Assembly (NCBI GenBank): GCA_964057225.1 | Contig: OZ059899.1 | Span: 12,896,001 to 12,960,000, forward strand | Direction: 5' to 3' | DNA: 64,000 bases | Source of the DNA: Auanema rhodensis | Lineage: Eukaryota > Animalia > Nematoda | Shown: piece after piece, positions 55,932 through 64,000 of the stretch | Layout of the letters: every line of letters starts with the position of its first letter | Position numbering within the stretch: position 1 is the first letter of the stretch | Program-made: the position numbers and the translations under genes | The notes under the pieces: model-generated | Told to the model about the DNA's origin: nothing | Databases searched by the model: none | The model's input: only the letters and a program-made list of their open reading frames with translations

Positions 55932-58900
55932 ATGTCGATTCTACAAAAAATCGCGGATATTGAGAATGAGGTTAATAAGCTATTCTAATAATGATAAAAA
56001 AGTTGCTCATTACAGATGGCTCGTACTCAAAAAAATAAAGCAACAAATGCTCATTTGGGTATTTTAAAAGCTAAGTTAGCTAAATTGAGAAGGGAATTAA
56101 TCACCCCCAAAGGTGGAGGAGCTGCCGCCGGAGAAGGTTTCGATGTTGCCAAAACTGGAGATGCCCGAATTGGATTTGTAGGTGAGATAGTTATACACTT
56201 TATTCTGGTGTCTTCTAATTGGAACTTTCAACGGCTGATTCCTGATTCAGTTATTGATAGATAGAGCGTGTGATTTAATTACTAAGTTTTGTCTTCATGT
56301 TTCCCTAATTATACGGACTACATCACTTCCTTATGTATCCCATATTATTGCTCGAATGCACAATATGAAAAGCCGAACTGATAATTATCTTGCCTTTTTG
56401 GTTCTGATGTTTTCTCATCAGAAATTGTGCACCTGATTGGTTGTCTAGATTGATGCCAGCAGTTATTATTTTTTAAATTGGTGCCCCCCTCTTTTTGTTA
56501 GACCAGATAGGTATATTGGAAATATCGGGATTGGCAATTCTAATATTTTTTTCTGCGTTGCTGTCATCAGGCTGTCTGAGAATAGAGTTGACGAACAATT
56601 TTCCCATAGATGCATTGAATAGAACGGAAGTATTTGTGTGAACAACATGGAGTCGTTAGTAGAAGACACTAAGCTAATAGAACATGGCATTTATAATCAC
56701 ATCTATTTTATATTTGCAATTTTACAAAGCTCTTTTCTACAATTTTAGGCACATTGGGAAGCTAATTAAGTATCACATTTGTAGGCTGTATGGGGAAATA
56801 AGAATTAACTTTTTGAGATAGCACATATCTGTTTGGCTAGGGGCGGTACAATATTGATAATAAAAATATATTTAATTTAGAATATAATATCAAACTAGTC
56901 TTTAATACTCAATTATACCCATGAACTTGAAAATAGATGATTGAGCGGTGTGTGGTTGGTGGTTAACTGGAAACATCCCTGTTTTATAGGCTAAAGGTTG
57001 CCTAGTTTTCTTGTGCTTTCTCCTGAAAGGACTAGTACGTGGGTATCTGTTGGTCCTTGTCCTTACAGTCGTGGGCGGGTGGCACTGGTGAAGCTTCTTC
57101 TCGTAATCTCTCATAGACAAAATTATCACCCTCTTCATGCTCTGGGTGGACATCCTTATCGTTTTCTTCATCAGAATCATCTGCAATATAATGCGTTTCT
57201 TAAGTTTCGCTTTTGAAATCTTACGATTTGAGTTAGTTGTCCACTTATCGCCTTGAATCTCTTCTTCATCACTCATCTTATAATACAACTCAGCTTCCCC
57301 CTCACTGCTGGACCAATGCTCAGGCGATACTGGGAGTTCTTCAGCCTAAATAAGAGATTAAGTATCGTGTTTTACAATTATTTACCCACCTGTATATTAT
57401 CTGGAATTACAAGATCAGTGAATATAGGAGCATCAGAAATTCCAATTTCTGTAAGATCTATTTCCTCTTCATCTACTCTGCTTCCTCGACGAGATTGCGG
57501 TCGTTCTAAAGGAGGACTCTCACTGTGCAATAGTAATCTATCAGCATCCGAGGTTATATGAGAATCTATGCTTGGCTCTCGTATATAACCGTCATGCATT
57601 GAAACTGATGGAACTACAACCACTGCCGGAACGGTGTCTCTCGGCTCTTCAGTGATTGATTCCTGTTGCAACGAAGAGATTGGTGCTGCTGCTCGAGAAT
57701 TAATGGCTTGTGTCGGCTGCTGGTGTTTGGGCTTGCTGTTAATAACTTTAGCGTTTTCAGTGTTTTCTAGATCATCTTGACAATTAAATGTTGGCTCTCT
57801 GGGTAGTTGTGATGGATCGCACATGAACATGAATTTCATTTCGCGATCCGAAAGAATGCGGGGCTCTGTACTGTTCTGATAAGAAGCCGTTTCATCGATT
57901 AGATGATAGCGCGTATAAACCTCTTCCTGCTGACGTTCTGGTGGAGGTAAAATTACTGATCCATTTCTCTCTGCCTTTCCTCCATCTTTTGTGAGAGTTC
58001 CATAGTTTGGAAGTGTTGTTGCAGTCGCGAGCCCTTCTTCATCTTTCCGGTTTTGTCGACGATTCTTACAGTCCCTGTAACAAAAACAGATAAATTGAGT
58101 GACAGCCGACTGAAAACAGTTATAGCACATCACACCTTCACATTCCATTAATACTACAGACTTCACATCTACATGTTCTCTAGTCCACCGTTCTGAATGC
58201 ATGCGACAACATCTCAAACACAACACAACAATTAGAAATTGATAAAAAGGAAGGAAATATATTCATAGACGATATAGGTTAGATATATTGTGGAATACGT
58301 TTCTAGTTCATGCAAGAATTAGTAATATTCACCTATATATCCTGTATGCTCCAATGATATAGCAGATTCCGAAAAAGATTCCAAAGATTAATAATATAAT
58401 CTTAAGTCTCTTGTTATCTGTATCCTCTGGTCGAAGAGTTCGTTTCATTTTTGTTACTCTGACACTCTCCAACTTGATACCTCCAAGAATTCGGGAAAGA
58501 GGTACTGCTTGGCTGCCCAAGATTACTTTAACCTGAAATCGATCAGTTATCCAAGCAAATATTGATTTTCAAACCTTTCCTGGGTCAATTATTTGACTAT
58601 CTGCCAGCGATTCCACTAAGTCTGATCGCGTAATAACGAATTGAATCCGCGTGATGTTTCCAGGCTCCTTTTCCACTTTGAGAATAACCACGTTTTCCTG
58701 TGTTAAAGGTGGTTCATTCTCATCAGCAGCATATAAAACTGTTTTGTCATCTTCAACTCGCGAATCTCCTCCCTGTAAAGGGGAATCCCTGTGTGAATTT
58801 GGAGTGAAATATTCAACACACGCAGTAACTTGACAACAAAGGTATGATTGTTTTTTGAACAAAAAAGGGAATAGGCGTGTTTTTGTTATCGACGTGTTAT

Positions 58901-61900
58901 TAGGATTTCTTCAAAAGTGAGGAAGTACCATATTTCACTACATACACACAAACGTAGGTCCGAAAAGCCATGCGAATATTTTAAATTTTGAAATATGAGG
59001 GAAGACGAACCAGGAAGAGCGACGTTTAAACAGGTGAAGTGGAGCAAAAACTTACCCTGGGCACATATATGGAGACTCCTGGACATTCGTTTACTTCTCG
59101 TTCGCAGTAAGCCGATACTATTTGAGCAATTCTTCGTTTAAAGTAACTTTCGTAGTTTTCATTTGTATGTAGATGCGCCTCAAGATTCAAATCCCTAGCC
59201 CTCATATCAATAACAGGCAGTTCTTTTGACTGAAAAAAAGAGATTTATTTGTTTATGCAAACTCAAAATTTAGGCTCATTTGAAGTTTAGTACTTTCGGT
59301 ATTGAATATTATTTGAAGCTAACAGATGTCCATGAAACTAGTAGTTGATATCTACTAATGACCTTTGTTTTATCAGATCTTTGAATCGATGTTTAAACTG
59401 TTTCTCTCTCATATCTCTGTTTGTGAGTAAGGCAACGTAAGCCAGTTGCATTAGATTGAGTAGACAAAGTGTAGTACAACTGTTAGTCGGGAGTAGTATA
59501 CTCAAAAGGCTAGATTAATTAATCAGGTGGTTAATGTTGTGACCCACAACGATAATGTGGTAGTTAGAGCTCCCTAGGATGAAGCCTTTTTCTCAAAGCT
59601 CGCGGAAAACGCCAGTTTGCTCGACAATCAATACTTACTCGTTAAACATGTTCTTCTTTATTTTTTCTATGTTTTCTGCCCAAATTTGTTATATGTTAGA
59701 TGTTAGTGGGTGGCATAGAGTGGGAAACGGAAAATCGTTTAAATTGATAGTTTTTTTCATTTTTTACATAAATAAAACTGTGACAAGTCTTTCAAGCCGC
59801 TTGGCAGGTTGCCATGAATCGGCTAAGCAACATTGAGACGCAGTGGAAATCATTCTTTTCAAAATAATAATGCATGAGCGAGATTTGCAGAATATATAAG
59901 AGGAAAGAAGCTGTATTGGATCTGTTTTTTTTGTAAGCTAATTGCAATTGTTTTTGTGTATGTACATGAAAGCGAAGCGAGCATTCCAGACTATTGCCTT
60001 GTCTTAAAGATCAATGCCTCTTCTTTTTTTTAGGGGGCAACAGGCTAGTTGGTCGACTTTATACTAAATATATGCTTGCTAACCAACGATGTTTGAGAAT
60101 AATCAGGTGCTAATAGGGGAAATGAAATAGAAATTCTATATTGGAGTAGATTACTAGGTTCTTTCCGTTCTCATTTTTATCTTTCCTCTCAACATATTTC
60201 AAGTGACGAAAGCAAAAAGTAGTTAAACTTACTTGGATAAAATATTCACATAGCATAGGTTCATCAGAAACAGGGGGTTCAGGACCACATACGCATTGAA
60301 AGTTAGTGTCATTATTACATACCATTGGTCTTACATTAGATATTTCTGGGGCGGTAGGAGTAGCCTGGGTGCCCGAAGTTACTAATAATATGAGTACGGG
60401 GAGAATCATTAGACTTTTAGTCCTCAAATCCAGAATATTCTGTAAGGATTTCATACTGCTCGACGATATAAGGGAAAAAAAAGAGGTCATGTCTATGTGG
60501 GCATGGCGCAGATAGAAAAGAAAGAGGAGGAGGAGAAAACGGGCGGAGAGGCTTGGCTGGCGTGGCCGTGGCGTAGCTGGCTCCACCCCTTCTGGTCGGA
60601 GCCGCGCTCGCTTGCTTATTACTCGCTTCTGCTGGGGTCTACTACTAGACTAGCTGGCAAGAACTGCTGCTACTGCTGCTTTGTGGCACAGCCACGGAAA
60701 GAAAGAGAGAAAAGAAAAGATTGCGGCCTATGAAGAGAGAGAAAGTGGGAAGGGAATGAGGGGAAGAGTTAGAGGAAGGAGAAACTTGACGCGATAACAA
60801 TATGAAAAATCGCTGTCCCTTCCCCCGTTTGCATGTCTACACTCCTGCGGTTTTCTAAAGTCTTCAGGAGCACCAGATGTTTTTAAATTACGAAGCCTTT
60901 TTTTCACTGAGGGTATTTACATATATCGGTGTACACGTTGTTTTGTTGTTGTTGTTGTTCACCCGGTGGAAATATCTAAACTATTGAGTATTGAAACGTT
61001 TTCCGTCTCCAGGAGTCGTAGGCATTGTTGAAGAATTACAGCAATATTTTAAAGCATTAACACCATGAAAATGGAAAATAGATGATGTGACTTGAACACA
61101 TGAGCAACAAACGACCAACTTTCTTTCATTCTTTTCACTCATAATTGCTAGTGGTGACAAATTTCTTTTTGTTTGTAAAGGTAATAATCTTTGGAGTAGA
61201 GGGAAATGCTTATTATTATGTGAGTCTTCTCGTGAAGCATGAAAGGTAGAACAACTTTCACATCATTATTACGTATGCGCTTGTTGGATATTAATCTCGG
61301 TTCTTATGTTTTAATCCGGGGGCTTAATGTGAATGAGACGATTTTCAAAACTTCCTTAAATGTTATACCTTCTTTCAGGATTTCCGTCAGTAGGAAAATC
61401 TACGTTGCTTTCAAATTTGGCTGGAGTATATTCCGAAGTCGCCGCTTACGAATTCACAACTTTAACGACAGTGCCTGGTGTCATTCGATATAAGGTTTGC
61501 ATGTGTTTCTTCCTGGAGTTTCCATATATAGATAGCCCTGCCATGTTTTGGCATCTCATTTCAATGCATACAAGTGAGCCTCTGTGTTTTAGGGAGCTAA
61601 AATCCAGCTTCTCGATCTGCCTGGTATTATTGAAGGAGCTAAAGATGGTAAAGGTCGTGGTAAACAGGTTATTGCTGGTAAGTTTCTGGCTTTTATTATG
61701 AGAATAACATGAATAACATTGTTGAACCTGATGTATGCTAAGGCTTGCCGGCGAATCTTTTCAGGGGTTTCAAAATCGCATATAATGACGTTGTAATGCT
61801 TAAGTTCCTAAATTGAAAAAGAAGATTCATTCGCTTCCACGTTTTGCAAATTTAATGAGAACCTATTTAGGAAGATGAATAGAAATCACAAAAAGCCATC

Positions 61901-63360
61901 CAAGAGGATGAGCTTGAAGGGCATGTGAGATGTTGTTTGCACTTTTATGATTCACATGTGGTCTGACGGAAGATGCTGTGAAATCGACCCGTTTTCTTTG
62001 TTGTTTGTTAGGGTGAAAGTAAGGAATAAGAGATGTAGGAAAGCGGAATATACCAATTTTTTTGTTTTTTTTCTGTTCCCAGTGCCACTAGCTACAGCTA
62101 CAACCCGTCTTTTTAAAAAACTTCAGAGCTGTTGCATTCGGTTCTATTTTGAATTTCAAAAACTTAATTAGCGCCATATGCTGGTTTGGCAGATCTCACG
62201 TTTTTTTCTTAAGCATTTTTATTCATTTTCTTATTAAAAATATCAACCTGTATCACTAGGGACATGTGTTTGCTATACAACACGAAGAAAATGCATGGGA
62301 AGTATTCAGATGTTTCGAAAGCTTTAGAATCATAAAGAATGATTGAGGATTGAGTGAGCGAAAAAATGGCTAGAGAGCAGGGAAAATGAGCAGTGAAGGA
62401 ATGCTAGGGGTTGAAGAAAATAAGAAGAAATGTAAGGACAGACGCAAAGAAAGCGTAGAAAGAGAGGAAATATCAAATCACATCACCTTCACTTTACATA
62501 TTAATCAGGAGCCACACATGCAGACTCTATCATATTATCATGTGTTAAGATAAACTTATGACTATGCTTTAATCCGTCTTCGTATTTCTGAAGGACAGCC
62601 TTCATTATGACATCTGACATGTGGTATCAAGAGATGTGATTTGCGGAGTTGTATGTGTATTCCTTTTCACACGAGATTTCTGTTCAAGGGTATCACTTTC
62701 ATACATGATTCTTGGAATCCGGTTCTTATATCATAGGACAGTTCGAGTTCAAGTATTTTTTGAGGAAATTTGCGGCTAATTCCACCACATTTTTTGATTT
62801 GTGGATTTAACGCATGAGTTGGAGCTGTTTGTATTTTTGTATATCATTCATTCTTGTATCTTATCAACCAGTTTGAGAAGATTCTTTTAAAGAAATGAAT
62901 TGTGGATAAGCTTCGTTGCTGTTTTTGTTTTATTCTGTTTTTGTTGTCATGGTGATGCCAAAGGGTAACACGAAATAAAAGCAGAAATTCACAAAATCTT
63001 TGGCCTGATTTTCTGAGGCTGATTACTTCAATTCATTACGAGATGAGATTGTATAGCTTGTCGTGCTGCAAATGTTTAATTTGGGAATCCTGAGAGAGAA
63101 AGGCTAAACACGGAATGAATGATGATGATAATGAATAAAAAACGAAAACTACGAAAACCCTTGGACCAAACATAATTTCTCCATTTTCAGTCGCGCGTAC
63201 ATGCTCTCTCATTCTGATGGTGTTAGATGTAATGAAGCCGCTCCAACATAAGAAACTATTGGAATATGAATTGGAAGGCTTCGGAATCCGTCTCAACAAA
63301 CAACCACCAAATATTGGTTTTCGAAAGAAGGAGAAGGGTGGCATTAATCTCACTACCCTG
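55932..63360 (+). CDS. drg-1: Developmentally regulated GTP-binding protein 1 (partial, continues past the window)
   Basis: Exons 55932-55970, 56016-56181, 61379-61494, 61593-61677, 63191-63360: [49 protein letters not shown]. Confidence 0.97.
57032..60490 (-). CDS. Uncharacterised type I single-pass membrane protein nested in drg-1 intron 2
   Basis: Phase-consistent exons encode a signal peptide ([16 protein letters not shown]), a Cys-containing ectodomain ([12 protein letters not shown]; [13 protein letters not shown]), a TM segment [19 protein letters not shown] and a long acidic cytoplasmic tail ending QIPTY*. The start codon is uncertain. Confidence 0.82.
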
Positions 63361-64000
63361 GTAAGTTTTCGTTCCTCAGCCTTTTTTATTTTTGTCGTCT
63401 ATCTCTCGGCATGCTTTTCTGATTTTTTCGTGCAACGCTCATTACTCTTGTCGTCATGCACTTTTTATTCGTTCAGCTCCGCAAAATGGCGAAAAAGTAA
63501 GAAATAATAGCTGGAGGACTAGGAAAAAGTAGCGAAGCTCATGTAATTCGCTTAAAAGAGATCGATAGTCTTTTTGACATCCAAAAATGCGCTTTGTGTT
63601 TTCTAGTTTGTTGAATTTGAAGAGCCACTGTTGAATTTTCCACCTGATTACGTTCTATAAGGGATTTGGGATGGAAGCTTTGGAAGGATTACCCATTACA
63701 TCTCATTGATCGGTAGTCTATCTGCACCAATACTTTAACAAATGCAGTTTCCGGTTTAGGGTGCTGAATATTACGCTTTTGCACCAACTAGCTAGCGAAA
63801 AATTGGGAGTTGATAAAGTTGTCTATTTTGAACAAAACTATGTTAGTAGTTAAGGTTTGAAAGCCTAGTACGAAAATGCAGCTGTCGAGGGGCTGGTGAG
63901 AAAGGACAGTAGAGAGCAAAAGCAACTCATTAATACAAAACTAAAATTGACAGGAAAGCGTAAGAAAGAGAGACGAGGGAAGTTGTTTGTTTATGAGAAT

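Noticed and set aside
62943-62956. X-box-like GTTGTCATGGTGAT in a drg-1 intron
   Set aside because: The right half-site has two mismatches and no gene start is nearby

Overview
AT-rich eukaryotic genomic DNA from a rhabditid (clade V-like) nematode: mostly 40-50 nt GT-AG introns, TTTCAG-type acceptors, operon-like spacing, and proteins that match C. elegans proteins as I recall them. The ORF track consists mostly of single exons or shadow ORFs, so I spliced the genes by hand. All homology calls are by eye, not from database searches. 1-16.8 kb is gene-poor and microsatellite-rich. It holds a Cys-containing unknown gene (-) and a 9-exon gene (+) that looks like a divergent radial spoke protein 3 (RSPH3) with an intact AKAP-type helix, which is unexpected in a phylum without motile cilia; this is the top finding. 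17-56 kb is compact. It contains a minus-strand cluster NOC4L, tbp-1, trd-1/TTC27, TRAF, with a PP1 phosphatase nested antisense in a TRAF intron; LUC7L3; nex-1; a plus-strand cluster atp-2, prmt-5, mrps-26, prx-10, wars-2, athp-1/PHF12; unc-119; vps-50 (-); and a cey-2/3-like Y-box gene. 56-64 kb is a partial drg-1 with a whole single-pass membrane protein gene nested antisense in its second intron. Other points of interest are an apparent GT-GG intron in TRAF, a GC-AG intron in tbp-1, a 3'UTR intron in LUC7L3, a 49-nt prx-10/wars-2 junction and an X-box-like site upstream of unc-119.
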